From positions 1 through 37,141 of the forward strand of contig NW_014040466.1 in assembly GCF_001186125.1 (NCBI RefSeq): 37,141 bases of DNA, given 5' to 3'. Positions 1 to 12,704 of the stretch are shown here, piece after piece. A program made the translations under genes and the position numbers. The first letter of the stretch is position 1. The number at the start of each line of letters is the position of its first letter. This DNA comes from Sphaeroforma arctica JP610 (Eukaryota). The notes beneath the pieces are model-generated. The model did not search any database. It saw nothing but the letters and a program-made list of their open reading frames with translations, and was not told the origin of the DNA.

Positions 1-262
1 ATCTTCTTCAGTTGTTTCGCAACTTCTGGCTGTTCTTTAAGCAGCGCTTTAAGTAGTTGAGTGCGAGCTTCAGGTTCTCTTAGAGCTTTGAGTCTTTGAT
101 CCATGGCCTTAGCTAGTTCCATGCTGTCTCAATTGGCATTACCTCGACTGCATTCTTGTTGGGTGCATATGTTGTACGAGTCTTGATCTTTTGTTCAAAC
201 TCCTTAGACTCCTCTAGTTTAGCTAAGAACTCAGTTGAGGGTTTCCACTTAGTGGTACCTGC

Positions 263-670
263 AGGACCAATACGACGAACGATGTTGTGTTTCCAAGGTG
301 TCTTCTTAATAGAATAGGATCATTGATACAAGAACGTATCGATTACACGGTCGACATATATAGGCTCGTCTTGTATCATATTAATTAAATCACGTACCCA
401 TGGGTCGAAGCTGCGTAAGGGACAACAGAGCGTAAAGGTAGATTTAGTAACATTAATATAATTTAACAATTGTGCGATAAGTTGCCATGGTGGGTTAGCC
501 CACGCATTATGCTTTGATAAGTCAAGTTGAAGGGCATCACCTTTAGGATGAGTCAACGACCTATAATCAGAAACCTGTTTGTTATGTTCTGCGGCGAACA
601 TATCAATAGTAAATTGACCCCATCTTGATTGAGCGATGTTAAACCGTTTCTTATTAAGCATCCAATCGGT
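263..670 (-). pseudogene. Dam-like DNA N6-adenine methyltransferase domain of the Gypsy pol
   Basis: ORF 320..661 has the SAM-binding-like motif WGQFTIDMFAAEHN and catalytic NPPW (485-496). The frame continues past a TGA at 320-322 as SYSIKKTPWKHNIVRRIGP. Confidence 0.8.
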
Positions 671-699
671 TGCTAATAACTCTTTAACTGTTTTCTGGC

Positions 700-1081
700 A
701 GGGACAAGTCGACAGAGCATGTCAGGAAGATGATTATGTATTCTTGATATGTGTGTACTGTTAAAAGCGAACTTAGCAATAATGTCATGCCAGCGGCTCA
801 CCAACTGTGAATCAGGGTTCATGTCTTTTAAATATTGTTAAAGACTTTTGATCACAGGCGACAGTGAAGTAACTTACATAAAGGCAGTCTTTAAACTGTC
901 TTAGCGCAGTAACAACAGCAAAGAGCTCTTGTTTAACGGTAGGGTAATTCCGTTGACTCTTATTAAAACTCTTGCTAAATAATTGTATGTAGCGTGGTTT
1001 ACCATTTATCGTTTGGTATAACACTCCACCTACCGCTCGATCTGAAGCGTCGGTTGCTACTTGGAATGGGACGCCATCCAC
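700..1081 (-). pseudogene. Ty3/Gypsy-type RNase H
   Basis: FQVATDASDRAVGGVLYQ...QELFAVV...VACDQKSL. The C-terminal part LVSRWHDIIAKF...NHLPDMLCR is read at ~700-810. Confidence 0.9.
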
Positions 1082-1087
1082 AGGGTA

Positions 1088-1306
1088 TTACATGATGGGT
1101 GCGTCCATTACTTCACTTTTGACTAGCTTAAATGCATCATCACATTCTTTAGTCCAGAGCTTTCCCAAAGGTCCTTTGTGTAGCCATAGGTGACTGAAAG
1201 GCTTTAAGTAATGAGAAAGATGAGATACCGAATCCGAGAAGAAGTTAACAAACCCACACACAAAGTTCACATCTCTTCCAGTAATCGGTGTTGATGAATC
1301 CAACAT
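1088..1306 (-). pseudogene. RT thumb/connection region of the Gypsy pol
   Basis: DVNFVCGFVNFF...LKPF...WTKECDDAFKLVKSEVMDAPIM is a typical Ty3 RT-RNase H linker. Confidence 0.85.
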
Positions 1307-1309
1307 AAA

Positions 1310-2490
1310 TTATTTCTTGCCAGGATTAATTTCTACCCCTGCTGCAGATACCTTGTAACCAAGTAAGTGTATAGTATCTTTAGCATAAGAACACTTGTCC
1401 TCGTTAATCTTAAGTTTGGCATGGTTTAGTCGCTTTAAGACTTCCTTAACGAGTTTAGCATGTTCATGTGCTGTCTTTGTAAAGATAACTATATCATCTA
1501 AATATACTGATAAGTTATCCGAGAGGTCCGCAAATAGTTCCATCATAACTTGTTGGAAGAAAGAAGGTAACATGGGTAAGCTTTCAGGTGCACCTTTAAA
1601 CTGGTACTTTTTACCTTGCCAAGTAAAGGAAAAGTATTTCCTATGCGGCTCATACATTTGTAATTGATGGAATGCAGCTTTTAAGTCTACCTTGGAAAAG
1701 ATAGTCGCACCTTCCATTTTGCGTAGTATCTCGCTTATCTTTGATGAGGGAAAACTATGTTGCGGAATTAGTTTGTTGATTGGCGACAGGTCCAGTACTA
1801 CTCTTGTTTTACTAAATGTTTCATCATATTTATATTGATCGACCGCTAAGAGAGTTAAGTTAACTGGGGTTGCATCATAATTGATTTCAATTAGACCCTG
1901 TTTTATCCAATCTTCAATTTGGGTTTTGACAACGTCTTTGTGTCTCCAACTCACGTAGTTATGTGAAGGACACTTTAACTTAGAGAAGTCGACGTTTGTT
2001 AAGTCAAGCTTACCGTACCCGTTAGAGAACTTAAACATACACCAGTCGGTTATTGCAATCTTTCTGTTTTGTATAATTAAGTCCATAACTATATCGGTAA
2101 AGTGCGGAATCATATCCTTTGCTTCACTTTCCGAAGGTTTAGGTATCTCTAACATGTTATCATCTGACTGATATTTATTTGGGTCTAGCCCATTAGGCAG
2201 ACCAGTGAGAGTTATACTTAAACTGAGAAGATCAGTCATACCTATAATTAAAACGTATTTCTGAGACATGTCAGTAACGATTAGGTGATTATTTACTTCT
2301 CTTCTATCTGACAACGTTATATGTGCATAGTCAATGGCTTCTTCGCAAGTGGTAACTTTGCCATTTCCCAAGATTAAATCAGTTGTTTCGTTATGGACAG
2401 CCATATCTGTAGCGTAGGCTACACGGCGTGAGATAGCAGAGACCCTGGATAAAAAATGCTATAACTTTTTCTCCATTTATATAAACGGGT
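1310..2490 (-). pseudogene. Aspartic protease remnant plus reverse transcriptase
   Basis: Protease-like VYINGEKVIAF-(Y)PGS (catalytic D lost at a frameshift, ~2440-2490) and YVLIIGMTDL. RT motifs RVVLDL, FSKVDLKAAFHQ, YQF..AP, YLDDIVIF and HLLGY. Confidence 0.9.
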
Positions 2491-2569
2491 TGAAGTATAC
2501 GTTCATCTCCTTTGGTATAGATTATATTGAACTTTTTCTCATAATCTTGCTCTAGTGCACACATATGGA

Positions 2570-4567
2570 ACTGTCAGTGCTTAACCCGGACGTCCGGTAT
2601 GTCCTTGCAATCATCTTTGTGCCAACCGTTAGTACCCTTGCAAGTAGTACACTCTTACATATAGTGTCCAAAGTTTGGCTTGCCTGGTGCACACTTAACA
2701 GAGTCGTATTTACCATTCCACTTGCCATCACATTTATTGAGGTTGTAACCACACTTCTTGCAAGGTGCTCTCTCCTTCCTTTCACCCTTTGGTTTAGTAG
2801 AAGTAGAGCCTTTACCACCACCAGCAGTAGTGCGAGGTTTTAGTATTACGCGCAGTGTTATTCTCTAACGCGGAACGCTTAGCGGGCTGGGTAAAGCTTG
2901 CGGTACTAAGTACTCTAGTAGATGGGTTGGTATGCATTCGAACTATGTTCTCAGAGACAGACCAAGGCATAGATCTCAAATCACCATAGGCGATGATATC
3001 ATCATTGATCTCCTTAAACAGGTTAGCCCCCAGAGTCTCCTTCATCTGGCAAATAAATAGATATTCGCCAGTATAGGTACGACCTCCCACCCGAGTGTAC
3101 ATATGTGTCATATGAGCTAGAGCACCTCGAATAGTAGTATCGTTCGCAAAGGAGTTGCGAGACTCTAGAAGTTCACGGTCTCGTGCATCTTCAAAGAAGG
3201 CGATAAGTATATTCTCACGCAACTGGCGCCAGGGTAGGGCTTTCCAGTTGAGCTCATGGGCCTTAAAGATAGTTTTCCATTCCTCTGACTCACAGAAATG
3301 AATAAAGGCAATCATCATCTGCTTATCTTTAAGGCTGGCAGACTCCTTAAGTTGGTCAAAGGCCTTCAGTGTCTCCACTGTACTCCCATTAGAGAAATTG
3401 ACCTCAGCCTTCGCGTTACCTAGCTGCTTTATAAAGCTTGGTTCGAAGCGTTCACGAGGCTCACGCTCAGTGCTACGGGCTGCTAGTGCCAAGATGGAGT
3501 CTATCTCCTTTCTCTTGTTATCGATTAGATAGCGAATGCTATCCGCTTTCTTATCGTCAAGGTCAGAGTCATTCAATAGACGGTCCTCAAGGACTTGCAT
3601 ACCAGAACGTAATAGCCTGAGACGATGTTGTCTGGTTCTCACTTCCTCGTCTTCAGAGCTAGAGTGGGTACTCTCTAGTGAGGTACTGGTATAACGATTA
3701 CCAAAGTCGTTATTACCAGGGCTAGATTGTAAATGAGGATCGACGTTATGAGGGTGGTAAGCCTCATCGATTTCCATACAATCATAGCCTCTGACAGGGT
3801 TAGGTTTGTCGAGAGGATGGTCGATTGTAGCTTCCGAGCTATAGAGATTAAATCTTGAGGTTTTACCCACTTCACCAGCGTTAACTGGCACAGTGGTAAC
3901 CCTGCTGGCTGGTAAACCCGTGGATCCCAGGTTTGAAATAGAAAGAATATCGGCTACGTGGGATATGATCGAAGGGTCAGAAGCTTCGGCAGCGGCTAGC
4001 TCCTTTATAAGCTTATATTTGCGGTTCAAATGGCGTCGAGATTGAGAAGATCCAACCACTTGTTGTCGAGTTATGGCGTCCCCAACATTTGCATCTTCCG
4101 CCCCAACATTCAGTGGCGAGGCATTCAGTGGGGAGGCATTCAATGAAATTTCACGAAATGGAACGCCACCATCTTTGTTTAATAGGTGGATTGGGCTGAC
4201 TTTTAGTAGTAATAAACCGTCGATCTCGAGATGATTCTTCCACTTGTTCAGGAGATATAGCCTTTCCAATATCTGACTTTTCGTGGTCAGCTGGCGAGCT
4301 GAGGCCCTGAGCTGCACTACTAGGAGACACACGGACGCTGGCGAGCCTTTCCGCGGCAGTTGAGACCTCCACTTCCAAGGCTTTAGGGTCCGACGAGTCA
4401 TCCTCAGAGTTTTCTTCAGAACCAAGCTCAGAAACGGCTTCCTCTACAGCTTCAACGGCAGGCTCTAAACCAGACGGACCAGCGTCCCCAGTAATCTCAG
4501 GAACCTCAACAGGCTTAGCAGGCATAGAGCTGGCAGCTCCCTTGCCTTTATAATTACCTTTAACCAT
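2570..4567 (-). pseudogene. gag-like ORF (frameshifted)
   Basis: ORF 4151..4567 is the probable N-terminus, shifting into ORF 2812..4425 and then into a frame reading CKKCGYNLNKC...CTTCKGTNGWHKDDC (~2600-2765) just upstream of the protease. Confidence 0.65.
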
Positions 4568-5681
4568 ATTAATAGCTCAAGAATAGGAAAATTAATAAAG
4601 CCTAGGTATAGTAACTAGCGTGTAGCTAACTGTAGGGTAGTATATATTACTTACAGTCCTGTCGCTGGATAGTAGGCAATTGTTAGACAGTCTAGAAGCA
4701 GTACACTACGGTAACTACTAAATAACTGAAAAATATGTAAACTTCGATGGATATTTCTATGTTTTAAACTGTTATATAAACTTATGTCAGTTAGGATTTA
4801 GCAGTGGTAGCTTGTGTATGAATGATCCGGACTGCCTCTTGGTAAGAGCCTTAATATCCTCGATCACACAGGACATACCTCTAGCTGTCCTTTCTTGAAT
4901 AATTTTCACTAGAAGTACTAAGTGTTCATGACCACATGGCTAATTTGTAGATAGACATAAAAACGTAAGTCAAGTTAATACATTAGCTAATATAAATAAA
5001 GTTCCACCTGAAGAAAAGTTAAAAAAAGAAAAAGACTTATTGGATTTTGGAGATTGGCGGGAAGACCAAAACCTGTAAGTAGTAGTTCAGATATTATAAA
5101 ATTTAGTTTATAATATCCTACATCTACTATCGTCTCAAATAGGTACAAGTAAATGAGTCATACCAAATACTCAGGCTATTGGAGCCATCAAACATCAAAG
5201 TGAATTTAGAACACTTTGGAAATATTGGAAAAAGAATTTGTATTAAATTATTTTAAATACAAATAAAAACCAATGTGTTATCAAATTTGATCTTAATATA
5301 TTAGACTAACCGGAGGCCGTATTTCTACAGAGATATACAACGTTCACAAGATATTGACAGAACATACAGATCCCAGAGCAATCGACACCAAGCTCATGAA
5401 GGTAGACAGGGCAAAGCTATGTCAGCACAAGTATCTGATGACCAGTTACCTGCAAACAGACAGATTGCATTCTCCACAATTAACCCTACAATCGACAACA
5501 AGGAGGTGATTGGTCAGTCAGATAGAGATTCTAGAGGTGTATACTGACTAGCTTGCGATAGTTGCGCCACCATACACGTACTTCCCTATAAGTACCACAA
5601 ACATCATCTCGTCAGCAACATGCGCATCAATGACCGGTATGCGCTCGAAGTAGCTGATGGTCAATCATTTATCCGAAGTAT

Positions 5682-6671
5682 GTGGCTCAGCTAGGAGTCT
5701 TGGGGGACATACTCATTGATACGACATGTAAAACTGCACTACTACGTATCAGCCCACTCTCAGCGCGACACTACTCATTTGAATTCACCAACAACAGGAT
5801 GTACATATTACTACCAAGCTTCGGAACCATAACAGTACATGAAAAGCACAGAATATACTGTGTGCACATCGACGACATAGCTATGACTACAGTGGAACCA
5901 TCGCTGGAGAAAGCCAATCAGATTTCATGGCACAACAGGCTCGCGCACCCCAGCTACCTCTCAAAAAAATTACCCTACATAAGGCAACCAGAGGAACGAT
6001 GTAGAGCATGCACTATTGCTAAGAATAAGAACAAGAATACAAACAAGGAACGACAGCACGAACCTGCTATAGTGCCTCTCGAGTTAGTCTTCGTGGACAT
6101 AATAGGACCGTTCGTAACGTCAATAGGATCCAACACCCACTCTGTATCAATCATAGACGATTTTTCTGGCATTGCCAAAGAGTATCCGATCCGCGATCTG
6201 AAAGCGACAACAAATCTGGATGCTATGTTACACACCTTCGATGAATGGTACATCTTAAGTCATCGCCGAGTTCAGTCCATACAAATGGATCGAGGCTCAC
6301 AGTTTGCAGCAAACGTAACGAGGCGCATGCTTGCATATTTGGGATACTGCTCGAGGTACACACCTACGGCCACGCCACAATACCATGGCAAGGTAGAGAG
6401 ACTCCATGGTGCACTGGTTTCTAGAGTGCTTGCACAACTGAAATATGCACGTCTACCGACTACTATGTGGGCTGAATCACTGATTCAAACTACCAACATA
6501 TACAATGCTATATCCACCAACGAGAAGAGCTCATCCCCATACGAGAAGTTTACAGGATACGCATTTTCGATAGATATGTTCAAGAACTGTGATCCAGACG
6601 GCAAACTCGACGACAAAGCACTGGATGGCATTTTTCTTGCGCAACCCTTGGACACAACACCGGACTCGTAA
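5682..6671 (+). pseudogene. Copia GAG-pre-integrase zinc-binding domain and integrase core
   Basis: Uninterrupted WHNRLAHPSY...RCRACTIAK, followed by DDE motifs. Confidence 0.9.
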
Positions 6672-6732
6672 CGTATATACTCACCTCTGACCAAGCGTAT
6701 AATACAAAGCCGAGACGTCTATATATTCGAAG

Positions 6733-8816
6733 ATGAATTATTTGTCTGGGAAGACAACAAAATGGACAACCGCTATCGTACGACCTGACACTACGAACAG
6801 TAGTACATTCCTCCAAATCGAGAATGGCGACTTCCAAACGGACGCAAGGACAACATCGACAACGAAAGATATGCTTAGCCAACATGCCCAGCCAACTGTG
6901 ACGCACAAGTCGAGCAACTCAGAACAAGTACAAATAACTTCATCTTCAACACGACAACCTGCTGAGTGCGAAGTACATACCATCAAGTCGGAGGCTGCTG
7001 CAGCGACTACCAAAGCTCAACATGATCTCGAAGCAACCATAGCTAGAAGAACGGCAGAAGGTCGCCAAGTCTCTCGAAAACTGCGGGACTTTGCGATATA
7101 TGATAATAATGTCGACTGGTATCACGATATCCGCCGTAAGAGACGAACTCCTAGCACTACGCACACTGTCAATTCAGCAACTGCAGCAACGGAACCGAAA
7201 ACATACAAAGGTATATATGAGATGCCAAACACAGCCGATTGGGAGGAATCAGCACGTTCGGAGATGGAGAGCTTGGTGATACAGCGCAAGGCATTCACTC
7301 TAGTTGACAACAAACCGCGAGAGAAATCATTATTCCCCCCTCGATGGGTCTTCAAGGCAAAAACGGATGAATTAGGACAAGTCACACGACTCAAATCACA
7401 TCTGAAAGTAGCAGCATTCAACGCAAAATAGGGAGTCAATTACGATGAAAGCTGTGCCCCAGTAGTAGCCAAGGAAACACTCAGGATCTGTCTAGCTCTA
7501 ATGGCACACTATGACATGGACATTCGACAATACGATACACCCTCGGCATACCTCACTCAAGAACTGGATACCCCTAGCTACATGCGAGTGCCGCAAGGAT
7601 ACGATCTCATCGAACATCTATTGGTCCCGTCTCAGAGAAACCTATACGAAAGGCACAAGCAAGGAGACACAAAGGTAGTATGTCGAGCTGACCGTCGTGT
7701 ATACGGTCTACCACCTAGCGGACACTACTGGTTTAAAGCTATCCATCGGTTTGCTATACAACACATTTATAACCAAGTACAATCGGATGGAGCACTGTTC
7801 ATCAAACAAACACACAGTGGACCTTGTCTCATTATTATACACGTAGATGACAAAATTGCAGCATGCCAGTGTATGACCGACGGACAGAATGACGCAATGA
7901 AAGGCAAATGGAACACTGTTGATATGGGCCTACCGTTGTGGTTTCTCAAGTGCCAAGTGGAAATACTTTTTGGAAGAGTACGTCTCCATCAACGACAATA
8001 CTTAAGAGAAATATTGTAGGAATGGGGGTTGATAGATTGTAAACCAGCGTGGGTGCCAATTTTAGAATCGGACTATGAAGTAGCAGACAAACATGCATAT
8101 CTCCAGAAAAGGGCGGCAAGCTCAGACGTCCCAACAATCACACACTATAACAAGCTAGTGGGTCAGCTACGATACCTTGTAGTCAAACACGAGTGAATAT
8201 ATGCTTTGCAGTTTCGATCCTAAGTCGCTATCTGATAGCACCTCAGTACCACCACTTCAGAGGTGCCAAGCGCTGTTTGAAGTATCTCGCTGGTACTCAG
8301 GACTTCGGACTTGAATACACGAACAAAGAACCATGTATTTCCTATCTGAGTGCAGACAATAGCTTTGCTAGCGATGACACAAATAGACGATCCACCACCG
8401 GGCGAGTGGGCATTATAGCAGGTGCGCCATTCATATGGGGAACAAACTTGCAACGATTAGTAACAACGTCTACAGCAGAGGCAGCATACGTAGCACAATC
8501 TGATACAGCCAAAGACGCAGTATGGGCTAGGGATCTCTTCACAGAATTCGGCATTCCGCTCGTAGAACCCACCACCATAGAACAGGACACCAAGTCAGCA
8601 ATACTGATGGGAAATGGTATCACGAAATCCCGCCGTACAAAACATGTCGATCTACGATACCATCACATCAGGGAACTCACATCGAACAACACCATCAAGT
8701 TAAAATACATCCCATCAGAACAGCTACTCAGTGATTTCTTCACGAAGCCACTCAGCCGAGAGAAGTTTACCGACATACGCGACAGACTAATGACTCGGAT
8801 GCCAGTATCAACATAG
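6733..8816 (+). pseudogene. Copia reverse transcriptase and RNase H (broken by stops and frameshifts)
   Basis: ORFs 6733..7431, 7501..8019 and 8193..8816 carry Copia RT and Ty1-type RNase H motifs. Confidence 0.9.
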
Positions 8817-9816
8817 TTCAATTTATAATAAAGGTAAGTATTTTAAGGTAAGCAGGTGTCAAATGCTTTGTGCTTCTATCTCTGACTGCAAAATATACAG
8901 ATATATCGTACCTTGTAAAAGGAGTGTGTACAAACTGATTGTATTATATGTAAAAATGAAATTATAAATAATGTACACGCAATATATAACTATATATTTG
9001 TTCATATAATTGTTCCTATCGATAAACACCCAAGTATTTACTTGTGCGACCGTGTTTTGACATAAAATACTCTGAAGTCAAAGTTGAATCCCGCAGACAA
9101 TTTGTATTCATCGATACACATAATATTAGTAACTTACTGGTTCGTTTTAATTTTTATGCGTGATATCGTAAAAGTTGCATAACCGTGACTATTTGTATAG
9201 AAATTCACTCGCAGTATATAAACAAAATTGTGACTTTCGCAGCCCACAGGCCCTACATGGACCACAACCCTTTTTAGAGCAACCATACGAAAGATAGCAG
9301 CCAGATCGCAACATAAGAGCCGCACGTTCCAAGACCCAAGAGAAAACCTTAACCTCACAGTCTCCGAGTCTCAGCCTCTCAGGCCACATCCCAAAGTCAA
9401 ACCAATATGCCACAACGCAGAAGGGAGCTGTCCCCCAGCATCCACGCCACAGTCCACACCGATTCAGTAAGCAAAATGCATTTTTCAAGAAAATCTCGAG
9501 TATTTTTACCTGCGAAATTGTGATGCCTGTCCCCGTGCAGAAGATTATCCACGCCAGTCGTGAAGCCTGTCACTGTACAGGAGATCGTCTACTCTTCAGA
9601 AATGTCACCGTTTTCAACAATTTTCATCGAGATAATACTCAACAGCACCAATTCGTAAACGTCTTCGACAAATATACATTGGTTCAACGCTTATCGCCGA
9701 ATCCACCTACAGAGTCAACAATTTCACAATCCAGGTCTTTAGTCTTCAGCCTTCATTAGTCTTCAAATTTCAATTTTCAGACTTCAGCCCTTGTTGATTG
9801 TAAAATCGAAGGGGAG

Positions 9817-10319
9817 TGAGAGACTACAGGTCTCAGGCCATATTTTACAGCAAGAAATCATCTTTGATTTATGGAAGTCATCATAGTTAGCTCACTCCCG
9901 AGAGCTAATCAGGTTGCTCAAATTACTCTCAAGAGTTGAGTTATTATTTAACCGACTTCCGAGAGCAGATTAAGTTTCTGAACCGATTCCCGAGAGTGGA
10001 TTAAGCCTGTCAACCGCAACATATTAATAATAGCTGTGGTTATATGTGAGTCACAACCTATGCGGAAAGGCATCATGTGATCAGCGTAAGATTTGGTTGC
10101 AGAGAAGTAGAAATAGAAAAGCATCGAAGTGTTAAAGTGTTCCGCATAAGGTTTCTCATAATGGCCATATGAGTTTTTACTCTGGCCAGCCCAAGAGGCT
10201 GAACACTAGCACAAACACCTTAGATATAAAACCAAAGGTGAGTTCAGAAATAAATACATAAATTTGCACTTTATTTAAAGTCTACTGCATTGCACTCTAA
10301 CAGAATACACTGTGTCTCA
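9817..10319 (+). repeat. LTR, probably the 3' LTR of the upstream Copia
   Basis: Polypurine tract GAAGGGGAG (9808-9816) directly precedes TGAGAGAC, and the segment ends ...GTGTCTCA. TATAAAA at ~10225 and AATAAA at ~10248. Homology to the inverted copy at 19017-19446 starts exactly at this TG. Confidence 0.75.
9894..10015 (+). repeat. 30-31 bp tandem repeat (4 copies) inside the LTR
   Basis: ACTCCCGAGAG-like core at 9894, 9925, 9955 and 9986. Confidence 0.8.
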
Positions 10320-10329
10320 CCACTCTTCG

Positions 10330-11400
10330 ACAGATGCTCCGCTGATCAACCGATGTCAAACCGCGAAGTACACCTTGGTACCTCCGTCCTCCTTCACGGA
10401 CCTCCCGATGGTGTATGCGGCGTTGGAACAACTCCAACTCCAGTCGATCCACGGTCAGGTGTCAGTTCCGACGGCGCTATAAGTCAACTGGGTCCTCCAT
10501 GACCGGTACAGTCATCTCTTGCCCGATAGGCTCCGTCGACTCCTCCAGGTTAAGTGTTCCTGGAACGTTCCTGTCGCACTGCTCCGACCAGTTCTGGCCA
10601 CTTGTGATGACTGTATATGTACTATGGGCGGAAACAGGGACTGCTCCAGCAATCTGCCAGGAAATCAATCTGGATTATACACATGTCGATCAATGAAGAT
10701 GGAGAGGGATTTAATCAGGTACTTGCTGCACAGGATAGGTTCTCCCTCCGAGCATTCGGTACATGTGGCCGATTTGATGAGCACACCGCCTCGCAGTTGA
10801 TCCGGTTTTGCGTTGAGTACTTACGACCCAGGGGCCATGTCCAACGTTATGTCTTGGATAAGGACAGTTCCATGCGCAGTGATGCGTTTACGGCATACGC
10901 AGCAGCAAATACTGCTGTGGTACATTACGTTTCCACGGGCAAACATGCCGGCAACGACCGCATAGAGGTCTCCTTACGTATCCTCAAGACATGGTTTAAG
11001 CGGTCCCTTTCAGTAGGCCTGCACCACACATGGCGCTCCCAAGTTCCGATTTTCTTCGCGAATTACAACGCGACATGGTCAAGCGTTATTGACACGGCCC
11101 CGTACACTTTGGTTACGGGCCGCATCTACCCTCGTCCATCAGACCCGGTAATAACGGCCCTACTTGATGCGGATGCGACCGCCTCGAGTTTCGAAGCTAA
11201 GGTGGAGGAACCGCCTCTAGATCGGGGCCTCCTTGCACTCCGCGCAAAAGGTCACGGCGGGCCGCCAGATCTTATATTGGCCCATGGCGGACCCACCGCA
11301 CAAATTGGCGAAGGACTGGCTGGGCCCGGTGATTGTAACGACCCATGTCCCTCCGGTGATGCACTATATCAAGGACACGACCCTCAATAAAGAGTAGCGT
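10330..11400 (+). pseudogene. Ty3/Gypsy integrase fragment (HHCC, DDE core, GPY/F motif)
   Basis: LHDRYSH...W...ATCDDC; QEINLDYTHV; VLAAQDRFS; LDKDSSM; GNDRIEV; then HKLAKDWLGPVIV in another frame at ~11290-11340. Confidence 0.85.
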
Positions 11401-12704
11401 GTCATGTGCCGCCCCTGGGCTGATCTGAGTTGGTCCCGAGTGGAACGGTGAGGTCCCACTTTGTCTTTAACGAGTCCGAATTCTCGGCACAGATGTCGGA
11501 GACTGAGCGATACCAACTCATTTTCGCGTTCCGGACGTGTGCTGCCGCAGTCCGATTCCAATATGGGATAAACTGTGCCTACACGAAGTGAGACCGCCTG
11601 TGTGCTGCGCACAACCACCTCCGGTCGAATAAATTCACGACTGACGATGAGGCGTTCTTTGATGATCACGCCAACCAAGTGGCGAACGCTTCAGGCACGC
11701 TCTCTCAGCTGCGCAGTCCTTTCCGTTTTGCAGCTTCCTCAGCGTTCCGCCAGGAGATGTTGGCCACCTGGAAGCTCAAGCACGACTCGCTCCAGTTGAC
11801 TGACCCCCTCCCACCCCAGGAGGCGCCGGCCCACTCTACAGCCTTATGTGGCTTTGCCACCGTGTGGGGTTTTGCGATGTCGACCACGGTCAGCCATAGG
11901 TGATCTTCTCTTTCCTCAGGACATGCCCGGGATGACTAGCATGTAGCTGACTAGTGATATACACTACATTAAAGGATTGGGGGTGGTTGATTATTCTGAC
12001 CCCTGTGTTGATGTGTCGAGACTCCCTCGATGTGACGACGTCACTGTATTCTACGACGACGGTCGCGGCCCTTTGATGTTGGCCAGCCGTCCACCACTGA
12101 CACCAGGCGTAGTGTGTATGTCTTGTACACACACCGGCCGTTGGCTGCTTCTGTCTGACCGTCGGATGCACACTACCCTGTGGGCTACGGTACGACGTGA
12201 CCACGGTCACCCCCGATGATGCCTTCCGAGCCAACAAGTTATGTTACGAGGGCACACGCCTCGGCCTCTCTCTCCCACCGATCCCCCATTCCTTCTCTCC
12301 AGCGCTGTCGCGTTCCTACCGCACTCCTATACTAGCCAACTAACCCCACACTCGTCCGCCTGGCACCTACACACTCTCCTGCTCAATGTTTGTTTATTTT
12401 TCACTACCACCATTTTTCTGTTTATTTTGAGACCAAGAAATTGAAAATCTCGTCAGCATGAATTTCGGACATTGACTACCCCAAATTTGGGCCAGTTTCC
12501 AACTTCTTGAGTCTGTCCGGGGCTGTAGTAAAAAGGTGGTCTCGGCCCCAAACCACAATGAGGGCCAGCCCGGACCTACCGGACCTTGATGACGAGAACC
12601 CAGGGCACTCAGATACCTTCTTGAATAGCTCTCTCCTTGGAAGCGACAAGATTGATGAGAACGTCGGTTCCGTCCGCCCTGCTGGGGGAGTGGGGGGGGG
12701 GGGA

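Larger units (their letters stand above)
1..4567 (-). mobile_element. Degenerate Ty3/Gypsy-type LTR retrotransposon (gag-PR-RT-RH-MTase), truncated by the window edge
   Basis: Collinear - strand ORFs: gag-like 4567-2570 with Cys/His knuckles, a retropepsin-like segment, RT with YLDD, Ty3-type RNase H (TDAS...SKSFNKSQRNYPTVKQELFAVV), then an NPPW methyltransferase. Many stops and frameshifts. Integrase and LTRs are not seen in the window. Confidence 0.85.
5545..8816 (+). mobile_element. Degenerate Ty1/Copia retrotransposon pol (PR-IN-RT-RH)
   Basis: Protease DSCATIHV (~5557), zinc-binding WHNRLAH...CRAC, integrase core LVFVDIIGP / MDRGSQF / GKVER, RT EPKTY...RWVFK...YGLPPSG..W...HVDD, RNase H RRSTTG...STAEA...KHVDLRYH...DFFTKPL. 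Domain order is Copia-type. Confidence 0.93.

Noticed and set aside
4918..4938. CA-TG-TGGTCATGAACAC on the - strand as LTR end plus primer-binding site of the first Gypsy
   Set aside because: I cannot match it to a tRNA 3' end, and there is no second LTR in the window to confirm the boundary.
9894..10015. Regularly spaced repeats resembling a CRISPR array
   Set aside because: The inter-core sequences are similar to each other (a tandem repeat), the array lies within an LTR, the context is eukaryotic and no cas genes are present.
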